Positions 29,106 to 37,164 of a stretch of DNA of 64,000 nt are shown here, piece after piece (position 1 is the stretch's first letter; each line of letters opens with the position of its first letter). The notes beneath the pieces are model-generated. The model was not told the DNA's origin. It saw only the letters and a program-made list of their open reading frames with translations, and did no database searches. The stretch is from Candidatus Nanohaloarchaea archaeon (GTDB taxonomy: Archaea; Nanohalarchaeota; Nanosalinia; Nanosalinales; Nanosalinaceae). Where the stretch lies: assembly GCA_014297435.1 (NCBI GenBank), contig JACOQA010000003.1, positions 64,001 to 128,000 on the forward strand, read 5' to 3'. The position numbers and the translations under genes were made by a program.

Positions 29106-30851
29106 ATGACTGAAAGTACTAGCGAGAAACTTGTCGAAGTTGCGAAGAGGAGAGGATTCTTCTCACAGACCGCTGAAAGCTACGGCGGTGTCGCAGGCTT
29201 CTACACCTTCGGACCTGAAGGCGCAGAACTAAAGAGAAATATCGAAAACCTGTGGAGAGACCGTTTCAACACAAAAGAGGGGCATCGAGAGATAGAAGCT
29301 CCTACGATTATGCCTGAACCGGTTTTCGAAGCATCAGGACACTTAGAAACGTTTGACGACATGATAATCGAGTGCCCGGAATGCCAATCGTCTATAAGAG
29401 CTGACCACTTGGTTGAGGACAACACGAACATAGAGGAGGCTGAAAGCTTCCCAACTGACAAAGTTGAGCAGATCATCGAGGACGAAGACCTTGTCTGTTC
29501 CTCATGCGGATTTGAACTATCGGGAATCGATGTAAACGATTTCAACCTAATGTTCGAGACCAATATCGGACCAGGAGACTCGAACCCTGGCTATTTGAGA
29601 CCGGAGACAGCTCAAGGTATCTTCGCGGAGTTCCCACGTTTCAAGGAATACGCGAGAAACCAGTTGCCTTTCGGAATCACCCAGATCGGTAAAGCCTACA
29701 GGAACGAGATATCGCCACGGAAATCGATTATCAGGGTAAGGGAGTTTACCCAAGCCGAGCTTGAACACTTTATCCATCCTCACGATGATGAACCTAACCT
29801 GGAGAAAGTTGAGGACGTTGAGCTCGTGCTTTACCCCGCAACTGAACAGCAGAAAGACGAGGGCGAGTACAAGAAAATGACGGTAAATGAAGCTGTTGAG
29901 AAGAACGTCATCGAAAGTGACTGGGTAGCTTATTATCTCGGTGTCGCGAAGCGGTGGTACAGCCGTGTCGGTATCGACATGACTCGATTCCGTTACAGAC
30001 AGCATCTTGAAGGCGAGAGAGCGCATTACGCCTCAGACTGTTGGGATGCAGAGGCTGAGATTGATGGCGACTGGATAGAGATATCCGGTTTCTCGGACAG
30101 AGGCTGCTATGACCTGAAAAAACACCAGGAACATTCGGAGGAAAGCTATGAGATCTTCGAGCAGTTCGATGAACCTGTAACCGAGGAAAAAGCTAAGATC
30201 GATCCTGACATGTCCTGGATGGGACCGACTTACGGAGATCACGCCTCAGAAATCCTAGAAGAGCTGGAGAGAATGGTTGAAGAAGAGCCTCAGATCTTCG
30301 AGAGAAAGTCTGAGCTAAGGATCGAGTTCGACGAGAAAACGTTTAACATCCCTGTCGACAAGCTTAACTTCGAAATCGTGGAGGAAGAAAAGAACGGTGA
30401 GAGACTTCTTCCTCACGTCATCGAACCTTCCTTCGGTGTCGACCGAATCCTTTACGCTGTTATGGATCACAGCTTTGAGGAGGATGAGGTTGATGGTGAA
30501 GAGAGAACCGTTCTCAGCTTTGAGACTGAGGTCGCGCCTTCACTTGTCGCCGTCTTCCCATTAATGGATAAGGACGGAATGGGAGAGAAAGCCCGTGAAG
30601 TAGCCGAGAACCTTAGAAGCAAAGGTTTCGAGACCCGTTACGACGACTCTGGTGCTATAGGCAGAAGGTACCGGAGGCAGGATGAGATCGGTACTCCTTA
30701 CTGTGTGACGGTCGACCACGAGACCTTGGAGGACGGAACCGTTACAGTCAGGGATAGAGATTCGACCGACCAGAAAAGAGTCGATCTTGAGGAACTTGAA
30801 AAAGTTCTTGAGAGGCTTGGAGAAGGAGAAATTAGTTTCTCCGACCTCTAA
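29106..30851 (+). CDS. glyS: Glycyl-tRNA synthetase (archaeal/eukaryal type)
   Basis: YLRPETAQGIF, YRNEISPR...RVREFTQAE, HVIEPSFGVDR, GAIGRRYRRQDEIGTP. Confidence 0.96.
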   Translation: MTESTSEKLVEVAKRRGFFSQTAESYGGVAGFYTFGPEGAELKRNIENLWRDRFNTKEGHREIEAPTIMPEPVFEASGHLETFDDMIIECPECQSSIRADHLVEDNTNIEEAESFPTDKVEQIIEDEDLVCSSCGFELSGIDVNDFNLMFETNIGPGDSNPGYLRPETAQGIFAEFPRFKEYARNQLPFGITQIGKAYRNEISPRKSIIRVREFTQAELEHFIHPHDDEPNLEKVEDVELVLYPATEQQKDEGEYKKMTVNEAVEKNVIESDWVAYYLGVAKRWYSRVGIDMTRFRYRQHLEGERAHYASDCWDAEAEIDGDWIEISGFSDRGCYDLKKHQEHSEESYEIFEQFDEPVTEEKAKIDPDMSWMGPTYGDHASEILEELERMVEEEPQIFERKSELRIEFDEKTFNIPVDKLNFEIVEEEKNGERLLPHVIEPSFGVDRILYAVMDHSFEEDEVDGEERTVLSFETEVAPSLVAVFPLMDKDGMGEKAREVAENLRSKGFETRYDDSGAIGRRYRRQDEIGTPYCVTVDHETLEDGTVTVRDRDSTDQKRVDLEELEKVLERLGEGEISFSDL

Positions 30852-30913
30852 ACTTTTTTTCTTTCTTCTCTAGAGTGCCTATATTGATAAAATAGGGTTC
30901 CGCATGGTTGCGT

Positions 30914-31813
30914 ATGGTCGAGTGTTCTGAATGTGGGAAGGAAACTATGAGCTTCACCTGCAAGTACTGCGGTGAGAAATACTGTTCAGAGCACCGGCTA
31001 CCTGAGAACCACAACTGTGACGGTTTAGAGGAAGAGATTGAGAAAAAGAAGGAGGAAAGCCAGAAATGGTTCGAGGAAAAAGAAGTCAAAAATCCCGCAC
31101 CCTCAAAGGCACAGCCAAAAAAGCCTTCACTGTTTGAAGACATACTAAGAACATTTAGAAATAATGCCACGCTAAGCATAATTACATTTACTACGTTTGC
31201 GTTCTTCCTGCAGACGATGTTTGGCGGAAGTCTGAACGAAAGCCCTCTAAGCTATTTCGTTCTACAGTCTCAGCTTTCCGATGTAATCGCACAGCCTTGG
31301 ACACTGATCACAGTCATGTTCATGCACGGAGGACTGTTCCATCTCTTTGCCAACATGATCACCCTGTATTTCTTCGGAGAACCTATAGAGAAGACTGTAG
31401 GATCATGGAACTTCCTCAAGTTCTACTTCCTGTCCGGACTAGCAGCAAGTATTGGATTTGTTGCGGTTAGAAACATCCTATCACTTTACCAGGGAGTAGG
31501 AGTGTTCGGACCCGCAGTCGGAGCTTCAGGCGCAGTAGTCGCATGCTTCGCGGCAGTAGCCATGCTTTATCCAAGAGCCGAAGTCCTACTTTACTTTGTG
31601 TTCCCGATGAAGATTAAGACTGCTCTCTACGCCTTCGGAGGACTTGAACTTTTCAACCTAGCAGCTAAAGCTGCAGGACATACTTTACCTGTCATAGGCG
31701 GTTTCGCATCATCAGCACACCTCACAGGCATGCTAGTAGGAATATGGTACGGAAGAAAATTGAGAGATAAGTATGCCAACCAAAGAGGAGTCTTCGACTT
31801 ATTTGGAGCGTAA
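30914..31813 (+). CDS. Rhomboid intramembrane protease with N-terminal AN1-type zinc finger
   Basis: CSECG...CKYCGEKYCSEHRLPENHNC; HLFANM, GASG, AHLTG. Confidence 0.92.
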   Translation: MVECSECGKETMSFTCKYCGEKYCSEHRLPENHNCDGLEEEIEKKKEESQKWFEEKEVKNPAPSKAQPKKPSLFEDILRTFRNNATLSIITFTTFAFFLQTMFGGSLNESPLSYFVLQSQLSDVIAQPWTLITVMFMHGGLFHLFANMITLYFFGEPIEKTVGSWNFLKFYFLSGLAASIGFVAVRNILSLYQGVGVFGPAVGASGAVVACFAAVAMLYPRAEVLLYFVFPMKIKTALYAFGGLELFNLAAKAAGHTLPVIGGFASSAHLTGMLVGIWYGRKLRDKYANQRGVFDLFGA

Positions 31814-31850
31814 GATTTTTAATTTCCGGACAAGAAACTAGTGAAGACTG

Positions 31851-32324
31851 GTGTCAAAACACGTGCTATATGATGATGGAGAAAAAATTCTCTTGCAAAG
31901 ACCTAACGAACTTCTATCAGATAACAGGTTCGTCGAACAGGCAAAATCGCCTTTGACACTTATTTCTGAGGCAGATCAGAGATATGCAGCACATATAGAG
32001 GAGTATCTCTCCGAAGACACAAGAGAACTCGAACCCAGACTTGAACTAAGGGTGAATCCGTCATCAATACAGTACTATCTTGAGCCCGGCGATGTAGGAC
32101 AGATAAAGAGAAATATTGATGGCGAGATACGAGTTAATGGAGATTCCTACCCTGTCAACGTCAGATTTGAATCCGAGATGTATGAAGGAGAGATGGACGT
32201 ATTTGTGTATTCAAACTTCCAGGATCCTCGGATAGAAGCCCTTGCAGGAGAATCAGCGACCGTCAAAATGGATGAAAATCCTGTAGAAAATGTTTTCAAC
32301 CCTCAGAAAAACATGGCGTTCTAA
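31851..32324 (+). CDS. Hypothetical protein
   Basis: 157-aa acidic ORF. Confidence 0.6.
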   Translation: MSKHVLYDDGEKILLQRPNELLSDNRFVEQAKSPLTLISEADQRYAAHIEEYLSEDTRELEPRLELRVNPSSIQYYLEPGDVGQIKRNIDGEIRVNGDSYPVNVRFESEMYEGEMDVFVYSNFQDPRIEALAGESATVKMDENPVENVFNPQKNMAF

Positions 32325-32866
32325 GGAGTAACACGGTCAACCTCGTAGTAGGTGACCTGTCTTTCGGAGTCTACTACCGCCCACATCATCGTCGCCCTGA
32401 TATTTTGAGCTAAACGCACAGCTCGGGACATCTCCTGATAAGCCTGGTTATAATTTTCGGGAACCGCATTAACAATCCACTTCGTATGTTCCCTATCCTC
32501 CTTCGGACCATCCTTGTAAGGGTTAACGCCTCTAGGATAGACTCTGAAGTGGGCGCCAAACTTGAACCCCGTCTTTACAATATAGCCTCTTTCCCTAAGA
32601 TCAGAGTAGACAGCATACTTTTGATCGAAATCATCGTCCATGCCGGAAAACTTCTGGAACATACTCTCACGACCCATAACCTCGTTATCGGAATCAACTA
32701 CCTCAAGTTCTTCACGGTCCACAAGATGCAATGCTTCAACTAGAGAAAGCTCTAGGTAATCATCGTCAATATATTTTCCGTAGTAGAACTCGGAATGAAC
32801 TGTTTCTGCATCTTCTTCATCCCAGACCTTTACTTTTGCGTCCGATAGTTTTCCTTCAGCAGTCAT
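32321..32866 (-). CDS. endA: tRNA-splicing endonuclease, catalytic-type subunit
   Basis: LELSLVEALHL, YAVYSDLRERGYIVKTGFKFGAHFRVY..., H, VDSERQVTYYEV; ATG at 32866 preferred. Confidence 0.93.
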   Translation of the reverse strand: MTAEGKLSDAKVKVWDEEDAETVHSEFYYGKYIDDDYLELSLVEALHLVDREELEVVDSDNEVMGRESMFQKFSGMDDDFDQKYAVYSDLRERGYIVKTGFKFGAHFRVYPRGVNPYKDGPKEDREHTKWIVNAVPENYNQAYQEMSRAVRLAQNIRATMMWAVVDSERQVTYYEVDRVTP

Positions 32867-32892
32867 ACCACAAAAGAAGTTTGGACAGTCTT

Positions 32893-33453
32893 TTAACTCA
32901 GCGGGTTCTCCCACTCGAAGCTGTGATCGTAAACTTCGTCCACTGCTTTGGAAACAACAGGATAAATTTTTCCTGACTCTAACCCTGTTTCCTCTGTTAC
33001 ATACCAGGAAGGATCCACTCGATTCTTAGTCTCTATGTAAATTTCAGAACTGTCGAAATCCCACCCATAGTTCTTGTTATCCATAAAGTAAAGTACATCG
33101 GTCAGTTCTGGCACTCTGACCTCCCTACCATCAATATTTACCTTTGAATTATTCTGAAGTTCTCCAGGCTCTAGTCTGTCCCATTTCTTCTCTCTACTTT
33201 GCTCTTTAGGGACATAGGCTTCGATTGTTTCGATTTCGCCTTCAAAACCATCGACGTGATCCACAAATTCCTTTACATTTCTTTCAGTCTCCCAGAAGAA
33301 TCTGTACACCGGCTCCCCGCCAAACTCCTTGGTTTTAACCGCTTCTATACTGAAAGGATCCGATTCTACTTCAACTATGAAATTTTCTCCGTTTTCATCG
33401 ATCCTGTCAGTCTTACGTTTATCGACCTCAAGTTCAGATTCTCGGATAGACAC
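32893..33453 (-). CDS. Hypothetical protein
   Basis: 186-aa acidic ORF. Confidence 0.6.
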   Translation of the reverse strand: MSIRESELEVDKRKTDRIDENGENFIVEVESDPFSIEAVKTKEFGGEPVYRFFWETERNVKEFVDHVDGFEGEIETIEAYVPKEQSREKKWDRLEPGELQNNSKVNIDGREVRVPELTDVLYFMDNKNYGWDFDSSEIYIETKNRVDPSWYVTEETGLESGKIYPVVSKAVDEVYDHSFEWENPLS

Positions 33454-33514
33454 AACACTACTATTACAGCTTAACAGTTATAATGTAGCACCCTATACGA
33501 CATGTAAAGCCTGA

Positions 33515-34174
33515 TTAGAAACTGTCAAGACCGCTTTGATCGGCTTCCTTAAGTATTCTCTCAGCAGTGCTCCATGACTCTCTCGTCTCCTCAGGCAGCT
33601 GCCCTTTCTCATCGACAAATTTCTCCAGGAAATTGATCGTTGGTTTGTCGTGGGGATAGCCCGACTTGAAATCGTAACCATACTTCGACTTCAACTCATC
33701 TACATGGTTTTCCCTAGCTGATTTTGCGATGATTGATGCTGCGGAAACAATCGGAAAGTTATCGTCCGCTTCATGTTCAGCAGTAAAGTCACGATCCTGG
33801 AAACGTGAAGGTAATTCTTTCTTCATCTTTCTGATGAAACGATCGCCGTCGGGTTCAGGAAGATCAACAATTATCTTATCCGCATCCGACCGTTCTATAA
33901 CATCTGTAAACCCTTGGATCTCTATCTCGTTTAACGACATTAACTCACGAAGCTCATCGATCTCAGACGCAGTTATCTCTTTAAGAAAAGGTTCTCCCAT
34001 CTCTCTAAGTTCTTCGGCGAGACGCTCTCTCTTTTTATCGCTAAGTTTCTTCGAGTCTTTGACTCCTATGTTCTCTACCTCTTCCAGTTTTTCTTCTTCG
34101 ACCATGAAGCCGCCGATAAACATCGATCCGATGACCGGACCTCTTCCTGCCTCATCAACCCCTAGAACTTTCAT
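33515..34174 (-). CDS. rnhB: Ribonuclease HII with C-terminal PIP box
   Basis: GVDEAGRGPVIG, VKDSKKL, VSAASIIAK, SGYPHD; terminal QSGLDSF. Confidence 0.96.
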   Translation of the reverse strand: MKVLGVDEAGRGPVIGSMFIGGFMVEEEKLEEVENIGVKDSKKLSDKKRERLAEELREMGEPFLKEITASEIDELRELMSLNEIEIQGFTDVIERSDADKIIVDLPEPDGDRFIRKMKKELPSRFQDRDFTAEHEADDNFPIVSAASIIAKSARENHVDELKSKYGYDFKSGYPHDKPTINFLEKFVDEKGQLPEETRESWSTAERILKEADQSGLDSF

Positions 34175-34291
34175 AGAACATTTTCGGTCACCATAGCTTT
34201 TAGACTTACCTGAACAGAACACTAGATAGGAAGGATTTCAACAGGGCTGTCATACTTTAAAAGATTCACCTGCTCTATTTTCTTTAGAGAC

Positions 34292-34366
34292 AGCGGGGTG
34301 GAGCAGCCAGGAGTGCTCGTCGGGCTCATAACCCGGAGGTCGCTCGTTCAAATCGAGCCCCCGCTA
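34292..34366 (+). tRNA. Initiator tRNA-Met(CAT)
   Basis: AGCGGGG...CCCCGCT A; A1-U72 pair; GGG/CCC pairs in the anticodon stem around CTCATAA. Confidence 0.95.
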
Positions 34367-34374
34367 TTAATCGT

Positions 34375-34924
34375 TTACTTGACTTTAGGCTTCTTCTCAG
34401 CTATCCTAAGGATATCAGGATAATCATCAACGCCAGAGATAGTAAGATAGTGTGAATCATCGCAATTTGGACCAGTGGTATTTGCTTCTACGTCGAGCTC
34501 GTTGAGAAGCTTCCTAACGCCTTCGAGCCCTCTTCTGTTCATGGACTTGACCCTCAACCTGTTATATTGGGGTTCGTAGTGACCTTCATCCCTGATGAAG
34601 GCTCTTAACCACTCAATCTTCTTATCCGCCAGTTCAAAGATTCTTGAACCCACAATCCATTTGTCGGACGAGAATTCGCCGACCTTTCGTTGGAGTTCTT
34701 CTACAATTGGGATCGATTTGACTTTTTACCTCCTCTTCATACCGATACATATCGACATCAAAAATTTTGTTCATATCCTCACGGAACTCTCTCAGATTTT
34801 CATCTACCACATTTGTGTAAACCACTATGGCTCTTCTGTTACAATCTCTTTCATTTGTCTCATAGAATGAAGCGTAACCGTCTCCCCAGAGCCTTGCATG
34901 TATTCTTACCAAAGCCGTTTTCAT
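34375..34924 (-). pseudogene. Two-motif LAGLIDADG endonuclease-like gene with a +1 frameshift
   Basis: Motif 1 IHARLWGDGY, YTN; removing one base of the T5 run at 34723-34727 joins it to VKSIPIVEEL...WLRAFIRDEGH (motif 2)...SMNRRGLEGVRKLLNELDV. Confidence 0.8.
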
Positions 34925-35241
34925 AACTAGAATAAGGAGGGACAATTACTCTTACTTTTAATCCGCAGAGTTCCGGCAATTCCGTTAGATATCTGTTCTT
35001 TATAGCTTGATTACGTTTTAAACAATTTTTAAAGATTTATTCGTTTGAATAAATTTACAAACAATTCTATATAGGCATAAAATCACGAAAAAACACTTTC
35101 ACCTATTCTCGATTGTCGGTGAACATTCCGGATGTTTCTGGATTCCGATCCGTTAACTTAAATAAGGTTGTTAGTTTTTGTATTCATGTTAGGACACTGG
35201 GGAGTGTTGTATCAAATGGCGGAAAGGTCGTAAATACAAAA

Positions 35242-35595
35242 ATGAAGAAACTCGGAAACGTCTTGATCGAAGTAATGCAGGACCTCTCTAGAGTCTCGAC
35301 TAACGGAGAGGCGACCGTCAAAGTCAACAGAACCATGTGCTCACCGGAAAGATTCGAACAGCTCTTCAACTACTTCTCGAAAGGAACGATACTAGAAAGA
35401 ATCAACCTCAACGTCCAACCGATGGACTCCAAACTTGAATGCGGTTGCGGATACGCCGAGGTTATCGATGAAGAACATAATGGATACGATCGCTGTCCGC
35501 AATGCGGAAGGTTCGCCGACATTAAAGACACCGACTATCAGCTTGTTGATCCTCACCCTGAGAAGGCGATGGAACGCAAAAGCATCCGATTCTGA
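35242..35595 (+). CDS. HypA-like zinc-binding protein lacking the N-terminal MHE Ni motif
   Basis: PERFEQLFNYFSKGTILE..NLNV......LECGCG...RCPQCG matches HypA architecture. Confidence 0.65.
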   Translation: MKKLGNVLIEVMQDLSRVSTNGEATVKVNRTMCSPERFEQLFNYFSKGTILERINLNVQPMDSKLECGCGYAEVIDEEHNGYDRCPQCGRFADIKDTDYQLVDPHPEKAMERKSIRF

Positions 35596-35843
35596 GAAGA
35601 GTTTAAAACTATTCGTTTCTCTATATTGTTTATGCTTTCGGCGATTAACATGAAAGTTTCTTGGATGACCGGGAGCATGACTGCTATCGTTTCGATTATT
35701 ATGCCGATCAACTAAGCTTTCTTTTGATCGGCCTCGTTGATTTTTCTGAATTTCGAGGTTGATACCAAAATGAAAACTAGAACACTACAACGCAACGCCG
35801 TACATAAAAAATCTAAGAAAAATCCCGATAAGGAGAGCTATCA

Positions 35844-36152
35844 ATGTCGCTAAGACAAGAAACACAAGAGAGTTATGTTAGACCTCTGGATCTCCAAGTC
35901 GATATAGACCAAACAGATTACGATGAACTGAAAGAATACGGAGGTTCCGAGGTACGTGATATCGCAGGTACTGAAGCAGTCGATCTTTATTCAGGGGATG
36001 ACTGGACCGATGCAGAGCTTACTGCGAGAGCTATAAATCTTGATGATGGCGCCTATATCCTTTCTGTCACCGAACACCAGGCAGATAGCTATACAGATTT
36101 AGAAGAGCTTGGACCTGTAGAAGATATCCTAGAAGGAAAAGGTTTGCCTTAA
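35844..36152 (+). CDS. Acidic hypothetical protein
   Basis: 102-aa ORF with GGAG upstream. Confidence 0.6.
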   Translation: MSLRQETQESYVRPLDLQVDIDQTDYDELKEYGGSEVRDIAGTEAVDLYSGDDWTDAELTARAINLDDGAYILSVTEHQADSYTDLEELGPVEDILEGKGLP

Positions 36153-36187
36153 AAAATTTCTTTCTTCTCTTTCAATTGTACCGGCAT

Positions 36188-36261
36188 GGGCCGGTAGCTC
36201 AGTCTGGCAGAGCGCTTGGCTCTTAACCAAGTGGTCGCGGGTTCAAATCCCGTCTGGCCCA
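36188..36261 (+). tRNA. tRNA-Lys(CTT)
   Basis: GGGCCGG TA GCTC...GAGC G CTTGG CTCTTAA CCAAG ... GCGGG TTCAAAT CCCGT CTGGCCC A. Confidence 0.95.
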
Positions 36262-36326
36262 AAATCATTCTCCAATCAAATTCTGGATAGAAACCGACCT
36301 ATGATACATGTGATATATTAATCTAG

Positions 36327-36643
36327 ATCGACCTTCTTCGAAGCCGCGAAGAAACTAACGGAATATCTATCTGGTTATTCGGTTCCTCCAACACTTATAC
36401 TTTCGGACATGAAGCACATCAGGACGATGACGATACAAAGTTCAAGGTTCTCTACCTGATAAATGAGACTTCCGAAAATCCAATTTCTCTGCAAAAGAGT
36501 ATCTCACCGGACCTTTCGCCCAGCCAATCGAACTTAAAGAAAACCGATTCAATGACTTGGAAGATACCTATCTTTATGCTGAAGGAATAGTCCGTTCAGA
36601 AGATTCAGATCCTGATACTTTAGAGAGATTGCTTGAAAAATAA
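36327..36643 (+). pseudogene. Possible decayed acidic gene remnant
   Basis: Two protein-like acidic frames (IDLLRSREETNG...NPISL and KEYLTGPFAQPIELKE...LERLLEK*) offset by a frameshift; no usable start. Confidence 0.35.
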
Positions 36644-36681
36644 AACGGGAACTAAAAAACTTTGAAAAGCCAAAAATTAGT

Positions 36682-37146
36682 ATGTCGGATTGGACAGAGG
36701 CAACGCTTCTTTTCATAGTTGAAGATGGAGAAATATTGCTTATCGAGAAGAAGCGAGGTCATGGAAAAGGCTTCTTCAACGGTCCTGGAGGCAAGGTTGA
36801 AAATGATGAGACTATAGGACAGGCAGCCGTACGGGAGACAGAGGAAGAGACAGGTTTGAAACCTTTGAAAGTAAAGAAGATGGCGGTTCTCGAGTTCTAT
36901 TTCGGCGAGGATCCTTTCCAACGTGTGCATGTCTTCAAAACAGATATCTTTGAAGGCGAACTTTCCGAATCCGAAGAGGCTCGACCAGAATGGTTCAAGC
37001 TTGAAGAGATTCCCTACAACAACATGTGGCCTGATGACAAGTACTGGCTGCCCAAAATTCTTAATGGAGAACAGTTCAAGGCTGTTTTTGAATTTGACGA
37101 AGATGGAGATGAAATACTTGATTATGAATTCAATCAAGGAATCTAG
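36682..37146 (+). CDS. Nudix hydrolase, MTH1/8-oxo-dGTPase-like
   Basis: KKRGHGKG.FNGPGGKVE...AAVRETEEETG, SEEARPEWF, MWPDD.YW. Confidence 0.92.
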   Translation: MSDWTEATLLFIVEDGEILLIEKKRGHGKGFFNGPGGKVENDETIGQAAVRETEEETGLKPLKVKKMAVLEFYFGEDPFQRVHVFKTDIFEGELSESEEARPEWFKLEEIPYNNMWPDDKYWLPKILNGEQFKAVFEFDEDGDEILDYEFNQGI

Positions 37147-37164
37147 ATTATACAGAAATTTGGA

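Noticed and set aside
30914-31813. AN1 zinc finger-rhomboid fusion as a novelty
   Set aside because: Architecture already known from haloarchaea
34950-35240. AT-rich spacer as possible chromosomal replication origin
   Set aside because: No ORB-like repeats or adjacent orc1/cdc6; divergent promoters explain it
35704-35732. 9-bp stem GCCGATCAA/TTGATCGGC and a possible decayed minus-strand ORF
   Set aside because: Isolated hairpin; the frame is too short and broken to call
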